This document shows, piece by piece, positions 1 through 7,579 of a DNA stretch of 59,663 nt. The translations under genes were made by a program, and so were the position numbers. Position 1 is the first letter of the stretch; each line of letters starts with the position of its first letter. The notes under the pieces were generated by a model. The model was not told where the DNA came from. It ran no database searches and was given only the letters and a program-made list of their open reading frames with translations. The stretch is from a virus, in the IMG/VR virus record IMGVR_UViG_3300048921_000145. The stretch is one strand, 5' to 3'.

Positions 1-127
1 GCTGGCGGCACACGGAAAAGCGGAACAAGGCAGCCTCCGTGTCGATTCTGAGTTTCGAGCAGATCGGTGATTTGGAAGTCCAGCGAGCTTCCGCCGACTG
101 AGCCATCAAGGAGCCAGGCCGTCGGCT
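1..127. repeat. 127-bp terminal direct repeat, identical to 59537-59663 (assembly overlap of a circular or circularly permuted genome)
   Basis: Base-by-base identity of the first and last 127 nt. A minus-strand ORF reads in frame across the junction. Confidence 0.95.
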
Positions 128-329
128 CAACCATCCCGAGCAGTTCCTCGACATGCCCCGCTTCCTGAGCGAGAACGGCGCGGAGTTCGTCAATAGCCTT
201 GTCGTTTCCGCCAAACCCTCCAGTTGCACCCGAATAGCTGAGCAAGCTGTCAATTTCAGACTGCATCGTTTCGAGCAAGTGGATTATGTCGCCTGCTCGC
301 TCCCGCTTCACCATCACAAATTCGCTCAT
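1..329 (-). CDS. Hypothetical protein, 5' part of the junction-spanning gene (~168 aa in total)
   Basis: ATG at 329 with GGAG ~9 nt upstream. The ORF runs off the window start and continues in frame at 59536 down to the stop at 59359-59361. Confidence 0.7.
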   Translation of the reverse strand, partial: MSEFVMVKRERAGDIIHLLETMQSEIDSLLSYSGATGGFGGNDKAIDELRAVLAQEAGHVEELLGMVEPTAWLLDGSVGGSSLDFQITDLLETQNRHGGCLVPLFRVPP

Positions 330-332
330 GGC

Positions 333-578
333 TTACGCTCCGCCGCTGTCGAGATAAACACCGTAACTGTTTACGGTTTCGGTGTTTTTGTGGCCGGTAT
401 TGTTTCGCTCAAGAATTGCCTCGCAGCCTGATCTAGCGTTCATTTCGTCTTGAAGCGCGGCATCTTTCACCGTCACAAACAAGTTATCGTCAATGCCAAC
501 CATCACCAGGCCGGCGCGCCTGATGCGTAGTAGCGCCGCCTCAAGCTGCTTGATGGCTTCCAGTTGATCCTTTTTCAT
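333..578 (-). CDS. Hypothetical protein (81 aa)
   Basis: ORF in the leftward operon. Its start overlaps the stop of the upstream gene (575-578). Confidence 0.7.
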   Translation of the reverse strand: MKKDQLEAIKQLEAALLRIRRAGLVMVGIDDNLFVTVKDAALQDEMNARSGCEAILERNNTGHKNTETVNSYGVYLDSGGA

Positions 579-1180
579 GACTTGGCCTCTTCGGGTTTGT
601 TGAGGGCGGCGTTTATTTTCTCGCCGTGATCGCAGGCCGCATAAGCGCTCTTGCGCATCGGCTCTGATGTAAGCTGATCCTCTCGGCTCAAGGTCAGGAT
701 AATTCCAGTAAGCACGCTATAGTGACCGCATGTCTCGCGCAGCAACTCGACCAGCTCCGCATTCCGCCGCTCGGCGTCCGCAAGGCGCTTATCCACATTG
801 TCAAACTCATGGTTCAGCGCTTGCCAGTCCGCTACCCGGCGTTCTAGCTCTTCCCGCAAAGCAGCCAGCTCGGATTGGGCGGCGTCGTAGTCGGACGCCA
901 GCACGCAATCACTGTCGAGGCCGACGTTCATGCCCTTGTAACGCGGCACGTCGCGCCGGAAGGCTTGCAACGGCACATGCTCGGCGCCTTTGTGCGCGGT
1001 GATCAGCATCACGCCGACGCCATGGTTCACCGCGTCAAGCATGGCCGGCAGCATCGCCAACGGCCCGTTCGGGAGCGGCGTCAAGCCACGGCGCTGGCCG
1101 GTTTCATCGCACCATTCGCAGCGGCCGCCAAAGACGGTATCAACCTTGGTCCCTGCGCACATTTCACATTGGTCAGTCAT
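575..1180 (-). CDS. Hypothetical protein with N-terminal CxxC...CxxC zinc ribbon and central coiled coil (201 aa)
   Basis: MTDQCEMCAGT...CEWCDETG motif and a heptad-like LAALREELERR segment. Translationally coupled to its neighbours. Confidence 0.75.
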   Translation of the reverse strand: MTDQCEMCAGTKVDTVFGGRCEWCDETGQRRGLTPLPNGPLAMLPAMLDAVNHGVGVMLITAHKGAEHVPLQAFRRDVPRYKGMNVGLDSDCVLASDYDAAQSELAALREELERRVADWQALNHEFDNVDKRLADAERRNAELVELLRETCGHYSVLTGIILTLSREDQLTSEPMRKSAYAACDHGEKINAALNKPEEAKS

Positions 1181-1328
1181 AGCGGTGGCTCCGTGAGCGT
1201 TCGATGTCGTCTGAGCCGTAATCGCCGTCCGGCTCGTACTCGTCGTTGGGTTCTTCGGGATCGATCGGTTTACACGGCGGCGGGATGTACAGCGGCACGC
1301 GCGGTTTTTCGTCAGGATTTTGGTTCAT
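1173..1328 (-). CDS. Small acidic, Pro-rich hypothetical protein (~51 aa, start MNQNPDEK)
   Basis: The internal ATG at 1328 is preferred over 1394, which would overlap the upstream gene extensively. Confidence 0.5.
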   Translation of the reverse strand: MNQNPDEKPRVPLYIPPPCKPIDPEEPNDEYEPDGDYGSDDIERSRSHRYD

Positions 1329-1908
1329 TGCGCGCTCTCTGTGCGTCACGCTTGGCTTTGCCGCGCGAATACAGGGCGCAGTCAGCAATGGCATAGGCTT
1401 CGTTGGTCAGGTCGAGGACGGGCTTCTTGTGCCCAGCCGCCAGTAAACCTTGCAGCGCGTGCATGGCGATGTCGTCGCGCAGGTCGTCAAGGAAGGCTGG
1501 CGTTGGCGCCGGTGCTGGCTGGGCGATCAGGCTGGCAATGTGTTCTTCCAGCGACACCGTGTCGCGCCACCAGTCGACCGGATCGTGAACCGCGCCGAAG
1601 CGCTCGCACAGGCTGCGGTGGAAGTTCTGAAAGGCCTTTTCACCTTTGTAGGGGGCGTGGTCGGCGGGAACCGTATTCACCGCCTTCAGCCAGCATTGAA
1701 ATCCGGTTGCGACCTGGCGCAGCGCCGGCGGTGACGTGACCACACCGGTATTGCTGACGCACAGCGCTTGCCAGCCGGCGCCGGGGATGTTGATTTGCAG
1801 TAGTTGATGCGCGCCCTTGCCATCGCGGAACTCGATACCGCTGGCGCTCAGGAAGGTGCGCAGGGTGGGCATCTGGTCGTGTTTGAAGCGGTTGCGGTCG
1901 TGTGCCAT
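1312..1908 (-). CDS. Hypothetical protein (198 aa)
   Basis: Long ORF with a native-looking codon pattern in the leftward operon. Confidence 0.75.
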   Translation of the reverse strand: MAHDRNRFKHDQMPTLRTFLSASGIEFRDGKGAHQLLQINIPGAGWQALCVSNTGVVTSPPALRQVATGFQCWLKAVNTVPADHAPYKGEKAFQNFHRSLCERFGAVHDPVDWWRDTVSLEEHIASLIAQPAPAPTPAFLDDLRDDIAMHALQGLLAAGHKKPVLDLTNEAYAIADCALYSRGKAKRDAQRARNEPKS

Positions 1909-1980
1909 CAGTAAAGCCTCTGTTGTTGTGGGTGGTGCTTCAGGAAAGCGCTCTCGGTGAAAGCGCGGACCTCAAACGCC

Positions 1981-2211
1981 TTAGATCAGTTTGGCGGCGG
2001 TGGCGAACCAGTAGCCGAGGTAGGACAGGGCGCAGACGATAATGGCCGTCGCCAGTACCACGGTGCCCAGCCGGCGCTTGATGGTTTTGGTCGGCGCCAC
2101 CTGCGTGGTCAGCGGCGGTTTTTCCCCAGGTGCGAACGTGTAACCCAGTGCGGTCCAGTGATCCCAATACGCGGCTTCTTGCTTGGTCAGGCGGGTGGCT
2201 TGCGATTTCAT
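1981..2211 (-). CDS. Small protein with C-terminal transmembrane helix (~76 aa, start MKSQATRL)
   Basis: GGAG ~9 nt upstream of ATG 2211. Hydrophobic tail LGTVVLATAIIVCALSYLGYWFA. Confidence 0.6.
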   Translation of the reverse strand: MKSQATRLTKQEAAYWDHWTALGYTFAPGEKPPLTTQVAPTKTIKRRLGTVVLATAIIVCALSYLGYWFATAAKLI

Positions 2212-2293
2212 CCGGTGATACTCCAATTCAAAAGGGCGAAGGTGGCGGCCACCAGGTGCGCGGTCAGCACCATGGCGGCGGTCAAGTTGAGGA

Positions 2294-2518
2294 TCAGGCG
2301 CACAGCGCGGCGTTACGGCGCTGCTCACGAATCAGCTTGATGATGACCTGCTCGTTCGAATACTCGGCGGCGGTCATGTGCCCGCAGGCCATGGCATAGC
2401 CCAGCATGTTGCCGGCGACGACCAGGTTCTTTTCGGCGAACTCTTCACCTTCGCAGGTGCGCGCATTGTTCAGGTGCAGGTCGATGATGTTGCGGCCAGC
2501 TACGGGCATCTTGCTCAT
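2294..2518 (-). CDS. Hypothetical protein (~74 aa, start MSKMPVAG)
   Basis: AAGGA ~10 nt upstream of ATG 2518. Confidence 0.6.
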   Translation of the reverse strand: MSKMPVAGRNIIDLHLNNARTCEGEEFAEKNLVVAGNMLGYAMACGHMTAAEYSNEQVIIKLIREQRRNAALCA

Positions 2519-2529
2519 GACAGTGATCC

Positions 2530-2868
2530 TTAAAACCAAACGCGACGGGAGAAGAGGACGGCCGGGCCGACGATCCACGGCAGGGTTTCCGGGTGGGTGC
2601 CGGGTTTTTGCTTGAGCCAGTTGTTGCGATAGATCGCGGTGGCCCGTTCATTGCGCGGCAAGTTTTTCAGCACCCCCAGCTCATCCACAAACATATCGGT
2701 GGGTTGTTCCTGGTAGAGCACGGCAACGCGCTCGAAGTCGTTGTGCTCGCCAATGATCGGTTGAACGATGGCCTTCAGCTGGAAGTAATCCGGCACCTCC
2801 GGCAGTTCAATGGTGTGAACCTCTTCGTCGCCGTTGGCGCGGATAATCGTGTATTCGGTGGTTTGCAT
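2530..2868 (-). CDS. Hypothetical protein, DUF3846-like (112 aa); first gene of the leftward early operon
   Basis: The MFVDELGVLKNLPRNERAT...IVGPAVLF pattern resembles DUF3846 (from memory, unverified). Confidence 0.65.
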   Translation of the reverse strand: MQTTEYTIIRANGDEEVHTIELPEVPDYFQLKAIVQPIIGEHNDFERVAVLYQEQPTDMFVDELGVLKNLPRNERATAIYRNNWLKQKPGTHPETLPWIVGPAVLFSRRVWF

Positions 2869-2906
2869 GTCGATGCCTCAAGGGTTGGGTGTCGATGTGT
2901 GTGCAA

Positions 2907-2935
2907 ACTGTAGATAACTTTTGTCGCGCGCACAA
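2907..2935 (-). promoter_or_regulatory. Candidate sigma70-type leftward early promoter (TTGTGC-N17-TACAGT)
   Basis: On the minus strand, the -35 is at 2935-2930 and the -10 at 2912-2907, ~40 nt upstream of ATG 2868. Lies in an AT-richer divergent intergenic region. Confidence 0.35.
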
Positions 2936-3136
2936 TAGATTGGCGAAAATAAACACGAATTAGCCAGTTGATACGACGAAAGCTGTTGCAGTTATGGCGA
3001 ACCGTGGTAGGGTATCGGTTGTGGCAATTGAAGGGCTGTAAATGACGTTTAAAGAGTGGCTGGAACTGCAACGAAAAATCCTGATCGAGCATGGGCTGAT
3101 CAGAGAAAAGCAATAACCCACAAGAGGCATCACCCT

Positions 3137-3622
3137 ATGAGCACCAAAGCAAATCCCGAGGCGGTCGTCCTCGGTGCCTTGTTTGATTTCGCCGGGCACC
3201 TGCGCACGTCCGACATCATCAATCCCCTGAGCGGTATCGATGGCTTCGCTAAGTTGCGCAAGTTGTCCGCCGATGAAGTGCTGACCCTGACCTGGCGCGA
3301 ACAGCTCGACAGCCTGCGCGATCAGCCGAAGATTCTGCCGACCGACAGTGAACTGGTCAGCGACCTGGTGTTGTTGGCTGACGCCTTCCAGGATGCCGAC
3401 CCGAGCGCCGACAACCATGTGTTCGACGTGCTGAACAATGCCGCGCTGCGCCTGCGCCAAGTCGTCGAGCTGGTGGTTGATTTGGAGCTTGCCGCCGAAA
3501 CCCTGCGCCGTTACGAGGTGTTGCACCGCGCCAAAGGCACGACGGAAAGCACGGAAAAAGCCGAAGTCAATGCCGCGCTGGCTTTTCGCTTCGAGTCGAC
3601 CATCAAGGCAGTGGCGCCATGA
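3137..3622 (+). CDS. Hypothetical protein (161 aa); first gene of the rightward early operon
   Basis: AAGAGG 8 nt upstream of ATG 3137. The upstream extension to 3056 looks non-coding. Confidence 0.75.
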   Translation: MSTKANPEAVVLGALFDFAGHLRTSDIINPLSGIDGFAKLRKLSADEVLTLTWREQLDSLRDQPKILPTDSELVSDLVLLADAFQDADPSADNHVFDVLNNAALRLRQVVELVVDLELAAETLRRYEVLHRAKGTTESTEKAEVNAALAFRFESTIKAVAP

Positions 3623-4047
3623 CCAAACTCGGCCCGGATCATTACCGCTACGTCGACGAACTGGATCAGAAAGGCCTGGAAGTCACCTGCGAGAAATACG
3701 TGGTCGTCGGTGAAACCGCTCAGTGCTGGTACATCGTGAGCGACTTCCACAACTCGCTGTTTGGCGGCTCGCAGCGTGAATCCCTGCTCAAGAAGTACCG
3801 CAAGCGCGTGCTCAAGGAAGGCGGCGAGCATGGCCGGCGCTTCGCCTACACCGACAAGGCGCTGGCGCTCAAGTCGTACAAGCACCGCAAGGACTGGCAG
3901 ATACGCCACTCCCAGCTGTCGCTTGAACGGGCCAAGGCCGCGCTTGCGTATTTTGGCGACACCAGGGGAGAAAGCATCGTACCCAAAGCCGACAAGCTAG
4001 TGATCCCATGCCAGTACGTCCAGGACATGAACTGGAGCGAGTGCTGA
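3619..4047 (+). CDS. Hypothetical protein (142 aa)
   Basis: ATGA overlap with the upstream gene. Confidence 0.75.
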   Translation: MTKLGPDHYRYVDELDQKGLEVTCEKYVVVGETAQCWYIVSDFHNSLFGGSQRESLLKKYRKRVLKEGGEHGRRFAYTDKALALKSYKHRKDWQIRHSQLSLERAKAALAYFGDTRGESIVPKADKLVIPCQYVQDMNWSEC

Positions 4048-4373
4048 TGACCGTCGACCAACTGAAAGACCTAGCCTTTGCCGTGAAGAAGGCCATCGAT
4101 GCGGGCACCGCCGCGGCTGATGCAGCGCCCGATGACGCCGGGACTGCCAACCTTGACCATGTGTACCTGTACGGCTTGAAGCGTGTCCGGCTGGCCACCT
4201 TGCAGTCGGCCGGGATCGATTGCAGCAAGTGGCGGTCGGGGGAGGCGGGCGAGTTTCACTTGCGCCACCCTTTCGGTGGCCAGGGCAACCGGAACTATGC
4301 CGGGGTGCAAGCCATGTACAAATCCCTCATTGCTGACGGCGTGAAGTGCTCCGTCTACTACCAAACGGACTGA
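4047..4373 (+). CDS. Hypothetical protein (108 aa, start MTVDQLK)
   Basis: TGATG overlap: ATG 4047 shares one base with the upstream TGA (4045-4047). Confidence 0.7.
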   Translation: MTVDQLKDLAFAVKKAIDAGTAAADAAPDDAGTANLDHVYLYGLKRVRLATLQSAGIDCSKWRSGEAGEFHLRHPFGGQGNRNYAGVQAMYKSLIADGVKCSVYYQTD

Positions 4374-4377
4374 AATC

Positions 4378-4734
4378 ATGGAAACGAAAAAGGTTTTAAT
4401 CATCGATGGTGGCCAGCGGGCCGGCGTAGCCAGTATGGTCAAGGCTCTGAGCAACCCACGCGTCTTTGAAGAGCTGCCGCTGCGCTCCCAGCAGTTCCTG
4501 CGCGACCTGGGCGAAACCCCTGAGAGCTGGCGCCGCGACCAAGAGCGCAGCCAAGCGGCGAAACGCAAACGCGACCGCCGCATTGAACGCAATATCCGAA
4601 ACGAGGCGGCCCAAGGTCGTTACCCTGAGCCAGAAGAGGCTCAGTGTGGGTGCGGCAAGTTGGGTGAAATCAACTACGACGATGGCAGCTTTCGCGGGTA
4701 CTACTGCGGTGGCAGTGAGCGGTGCTGCCCATGA
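4378..4734 (+). CDS. Hypothetical protein with Cys-rich C-terminus (118 aa)
   Basis: ORF with CGCG...YYCGGSERCC tail. Confidence 0.7.
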   Translation: METKKVLIIDGGQRAGVASMVKALSNPRVFEELPLRSQQFLRDLGETPESWRRDQERSQAAKRKRDRRIERNIRNEAAQGRYPEPEEAQCGCGKLGEINYDDGSFRGYYCGGSERCCP

Positions 4735-5192
4735 ATCGCGCCAGCCCTGTCGACCTGCGCAAAGCGATGGATGCCACCCTGACGCTGTTCAAGGCTGGCG
4801 TGTTGTTCGTACCGATGCCAGTGCTGAATGGCGACGACCACTTGCAGCTGGTCATGCAGTGCCAGGATCGTCTGGAGCAGATGGAACAGGAGGCCGAAGT
4901 GGTGGCGAGCGTTCCGACGCCTGCGCCACCCGTTCCAGATGAGCCGGCACCCGCGCCGCCGACCATGCACTACTTCATCAACTACAAGTCGCGCATGTGC
5001 AAAATCCTGCAAGGGCGTGATGCCTTGCACCTGGCCAACATGAAGCAAGCCAAAAAAGAAGGCTTTGTTGAGGTCACCCAAGAGCATCAGGCCGAGTTCC
5101 AAGTGGACACTGCCAAGGCCCGGGCCTTGGGTTGGAAACCATTCGGCCGCACGTCCTACGCCACGTTTATGGGGAGGTTGAAAAGTGAGTAA
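4731..5192 (+). CDS. Hypothetical protein (153 aa, start MNRASPVD)
   Basis: ATGA overlap at 4731-4734. Confidence 0.7.
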   Translation: MNRASPVDLRKAMDATLTLFKAGVLFVPMPVLNGDDHLQLVMQCQDRLEQMEQEAEVVASVPTPAPPVPDEPAPAPPTMHYFINYKSRMCKILQGRDALHLANMKQAKKEGFVEVTQEHQAEFQVDTAKARALGWKPFGRTSYATFMGRLKSE

Positions 5193-5463
5193 ACGCAAGC
5201 CAACCATAAAAAGCCTGCGTGTAGGGCAAACCATCTGGTACGCGCACTTCGTTTTTGGGCTCCGTGTATCGGGGTATGAGGCTCGCAAGGTCGCCATTCT
5301 CAGTGATCGTACTGAGGTGGCGCCAGCCTACATCATCCCCAACGGATACCCGCGTTGGTTCATCCGGGAGAGTATGGCCGCGGGTCGCGGTCCAGAGTTC
5401 GTGTCGCACAGTCGTCGCAAGGTGCTGGCATGGATCACAGCAAACAGCCGGGGCAGAATATGA
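5185..5463 (+). CDS. Hypothetical protein (92 aa, GTG start)
   Basis: GGGGAGG upstream of GTG 5185. Confidence 0.6.
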   Translation: MSKRKPTIKSLRVGQTIWYAHFVFGLRVSGYEARKVAILSDRTEVAPAYIIPNGYPRWFIRESMAAGRGPEFVSHSRRKVLAWITANSRGRI

Positions 5464-5789
5464 ACAAGAAAGACGCCAAGATGGTGGCCGAAACCATCAC
5501 CGTCGAGCAGCTGGCCGCGATGTTCGATCGCGCCAAGACCTCGATCACCGACTGGAAGAAACCGAGCCACGTCAACCCGTCGATCAGCCTGGGCGCGGCG
5601 TGGAACATCTACTACCCGGCATTAGTGAAAGGCCTGCGCCCGATTAACCTGCCACACGTCAAGACCAACATGGTGTGGGTGTTCGGCGACTACCTGGCCG
5701 ATGAGCTGAAGCCGGCGAAGAAAGACCAGCGCAAGTCGCCGGCCATTAGCGTGTTCCACCAAGAGCCGGTGTTTGACGTAACACCATAA
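5460..5789 (+). CDS. Hypothetical protein (109 aa, start MNKKDAKM)
   Basis: ATGA overlap at 5460-5463. Confidence 0.65.
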   Translation: MNKKDAKMVAETITVEQLAAMFDRAKTSITDWKKPSHVNPSISLGAAWNIYYPALVKGLRPINLPHVKTNMVWVFGDYLADELKPAKKDQRKSPAISVFHQEPVFDVTP

Positions 5790-5819
5790 CAACCAATAAG
5801 CACGGAGCATTTCCCATTG

Positions 5820-6341
5820 ATGAAAGAATCGAGGCAGCGGCAATTGTTGGAAGGTCAAAGCAGCGTGGCGCGCAAGGTGTTTGAGGGCGTGCCGATTCAA
5901 GAGGCGTGGTCGGAAAACGAGATTGTCCGGGCCATGCGTGCCAGTCACATGACGGTCGCGGCGCATACGGTACGCGCCTGCATTCTCGAAATGAAAGACG
6001 TCGGCTTGATCAAAGAACCAAAGAGCGGCCACTTTCAGCGGGTGCCGGTGCAGCCGTACCTGCGCCTGAATGACCATAAGCCATACACCCCTGAACCAAT
6101 CAGCGAGCCAGCCATGCCGACCCCAACCGATAAGAAAACCGAAGTCACCCCGCTGGACCTGCTCGCCACCGTCGCCACCGAGCTGGCGTTGTTAGCCAGT
6201 GAGTTCGGCGAGCGCCTGCGCGCCTTGTCGCTGCGCGTGGAAGAGGTGGCGCTGTCGGTCGGGGCGCAGCGTGAAGCCGACGCCGCGATCATTGCCCAGG
6301 CTACACAACTGAAAGAGCTGCTGAAGGGGTTCGGCCAGTGA
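5820..6341 (+). CDS. Putative winged-helix DNA-binding protein (173 aa)
   Basis: N-terminal segment SENEIVRAMRAS...TVRACILEMKDVGLIKE looks like a MarR/winged-helix domain. The C-terminal half is helical and acidic. Confidence 0.65.
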   Translation: MKESRQRQLLEGQSSVARKVFEGVPIQEAWSENEIVRAMRASHMTVAAHTVRACILEMKDVGLIKEPKSGHFQRVPVQPYLRLNDHKPYTPEPISEPAMPTPTDKKTEVTPLDLLATVATELALLASEFGERLRALSLRVEEVALSVGAQREADAAIIAQATQLKELLKGFGQ

Positions 6342-6514
6342 CGCCAGAGCAGCAAAAGACCGTCAACGAACGCCAGGCCGCCGGCTTCAAGGTGGTGGGC
6401 AAGGATTTCGACGGTACGCTTCGCATCGTCAAGGGCGCCGACCAACGCGTGGTGTTCACCGATGGTCGCGAGAAGCGTGGGCAGCATGACTTTATACGGC
6501 GGTGGCAGGCATGA
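6338..6514 (+). CDS. Small hypothetical protein (58 aa, GTG start)
   Basis: Below the ORF-track cutoff. It fills the gap exactly, with overlapping start and stop codons at both ends. Confidence 0.5.
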   Translation: MTPEQQKTVNERQAAGFKVVGKDFDGTLRIVKGADQRVVFTDGREKRGQHDFIRRWQA

Positions 6515-6840
6515 GCACAGAGTTCAAACACACAAGCGTGCTGATGTCTGAGTACGATCAGTTTCTTGATGAGGGTCGCCAGCGCGCATGGAAAGAGCTT
6601 GAGGCCGAATGCCGTCGGCTCAAGGCTGCGAACAAGATCACCATCGACGGCAACGAGTTCGAGTGTCGCGAGCTGGTCGGTCGGGCAATCCGTAGTTTGA
6701 AAGGTCCGAGTAAGTATCGCAGCAAGCGCGGAACCGAGCGTTGGGTGCTGGTGCGTAACGCATTCGGCTGTGGCAGCACTGTGGCGAATGGCCTGTGCCG
6801 TGAGTTCGGCTTTGATCCTGACGAGGAACTGCGCTCATGA
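6511..6840 (+). CDS. Hypothetical protein (109 aa)
   Basis: ATGA overlap at 6511-6514. Confidence 0.7.
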   Translation: MSTEFKHTSVLMSEYDQFLDEGRQRAWKELEAECRRLKAANKITIDGNEFECRELVGRAIRSLKGPSKYRSKRGTERWVLVRNAFGCGSTVANGLCREFGFDPDEELRS

Positions 6841-7022
6841 ACTGGAAAGGCTCAGGCCCGCACGCCATCAGCAGCGACGAGGGTTACGTTATTGCGCGTT
6901 ACCGCGTGGCCGGCGTCGAATACTTTCGCCCCAGCCTGCGCGGTAGCTTTATCGGCGCACCGTTGAAGGACAAGGATGCAGCCAAGCGCGTGTGCATCGA
7001 TCACCACAAGAAGGGGGCATAA
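6837..7022 (+). CDS. Small hypothetical protein (61 aa)
   Basis: Coupled ORF. Confidence 0.55.
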   Translation: MNWKGSGPHAISSDEGYVIARYRVAGVEYFRPSLRGSFIGAPLKDKDAAKRVCIDHHKKGA

Positions 7023-7210
7023 TGCCGAGTCCAATCCTGAAGCACTTCGACGGGGCGCTGTTACCCATCAACCTGCGTGCCATCGCCAAGCCTTTCGAGG
7101 ATATGGCGAGCACATTGGACGCATTGCTGGATGAAGGCCCGGAGAAGTCCACGGCCCTGCGCAAGCTGCTGGAATCGCTCGATTGCGTGATACGCGCAGC
7201 ACGCAAGTAA
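7022..7210 (+). CDS. Small hypothetical protein (62 aa, start MPSPILKHF)
   Basis: ATG 7022 overlaps the upstream stop. Confidence 0.6.
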   Translation: MPSPILKHFDGALLPINLRAIAKPFEDMASTLDALLDEGPEKSTALRKLLESLDCVIRAARK

Positions 7211-7261
7211 TGGCAATAAGCCCTAGCATTCGCTGGGGTGTTTTAATACACTGGATGCCTT

Positions 7262-7338
7262 GCAGTTGTAGCTCAGTTGGTTAGAGCGCTCGCCTGTCAC
7301 GCGAGAGGTCGCGGGTTCAAGTCCCGCCAGTTGCGCCA
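7262..7338 (+). tRNA. tRNA-Asp (anticodon GTC)
   Basis: Hand-folded cloverleaf. Acceptor GCAGTTG/CAGTTGC, anticodon arm CTCGC-CTGTCAC-GCGAG, T-arm GCGGG-TTCAAGT-CCCGC, encoded CCA. Confidence 0.9.
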
Positions 7339-7344
7339 GTTTAT

Positions 7345-7420
7345 TGCGTGGTAGTTCAGTCGGTAGAACAGCGGGCTCATATCCCGCATGTCGCAGGTTC
7401 GAGTCCTGCCCTCGCAACCA
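7345..7420 (+). tRNA. tRNA-Met (anticodon CAT); anticodon stem carries the GGG/CCC signature of initiator tRNAs
   Basis: Acceptor TGCGTGG/CCTCGCA (one T-T mismatch), D-arm GTTC/GAAC, anticodon arm GCGGG-CTCATAT-CCCGC, T-arm GCAGG-TTCGAGT-CCTGC, encoded CCA. Confidence 0.85.
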
Positions 7421-7425
7421 GTTTC

Positions 7426-7501
7426 GCCGTTATAGCTCAGTCGATAGAGCGCCTGCCTTGTAAGCAGGATGTCCGGGGTTTGATTCCTCGTTGCGGCACC
7501 A
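7426..7501 (+). tRNA. tRNA-Thr (anticodon TGT)
   Basis: Acceptor GCCGTTA/TTGCGGC, anticodon arm CCTGC-CTTGTAA-GCAGG, T-arm CGGGG-TTTGATT-CCTCG, encoded CCA. Confidence 0.85.
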
Positions 7502-7504
7502 GAT

Positions 7505-7579
7505 TGGCGAGTGGCTAAGTGGTAAAGCGCGGAACTGTTAATTCCGTCATCGCACGTTCGAATCGTGCCTCGCCAGCCA
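7505..7579 (+). tRNA. tRNA-Asn (anticodon GTT)
   Basis: Acceptor TGGCGAG/CTCGCCA, anticodon arm CGGAA-CTGTTAA-TTCCG, T-arm GCACG-TTCGAAT-CGTGC, encoded CCA. Confidence 0.85.

Noticed and set aside
3056-3136. Upstream extensions of several ORF-track entries, e.g. 3056 for the 3137 gene, 4008 for 4047, 5355 for 5460, 6992 for 7022, 23630 for 23648, 53750 for 53885, 56230 for 56293 and 59407 for 59362.
   Set aside because: The extensions overlap the preceding gene in another frame and translate to junk. The internal starts have SD sequences and/or ATGA/GTGA coupling with the upstream stop.
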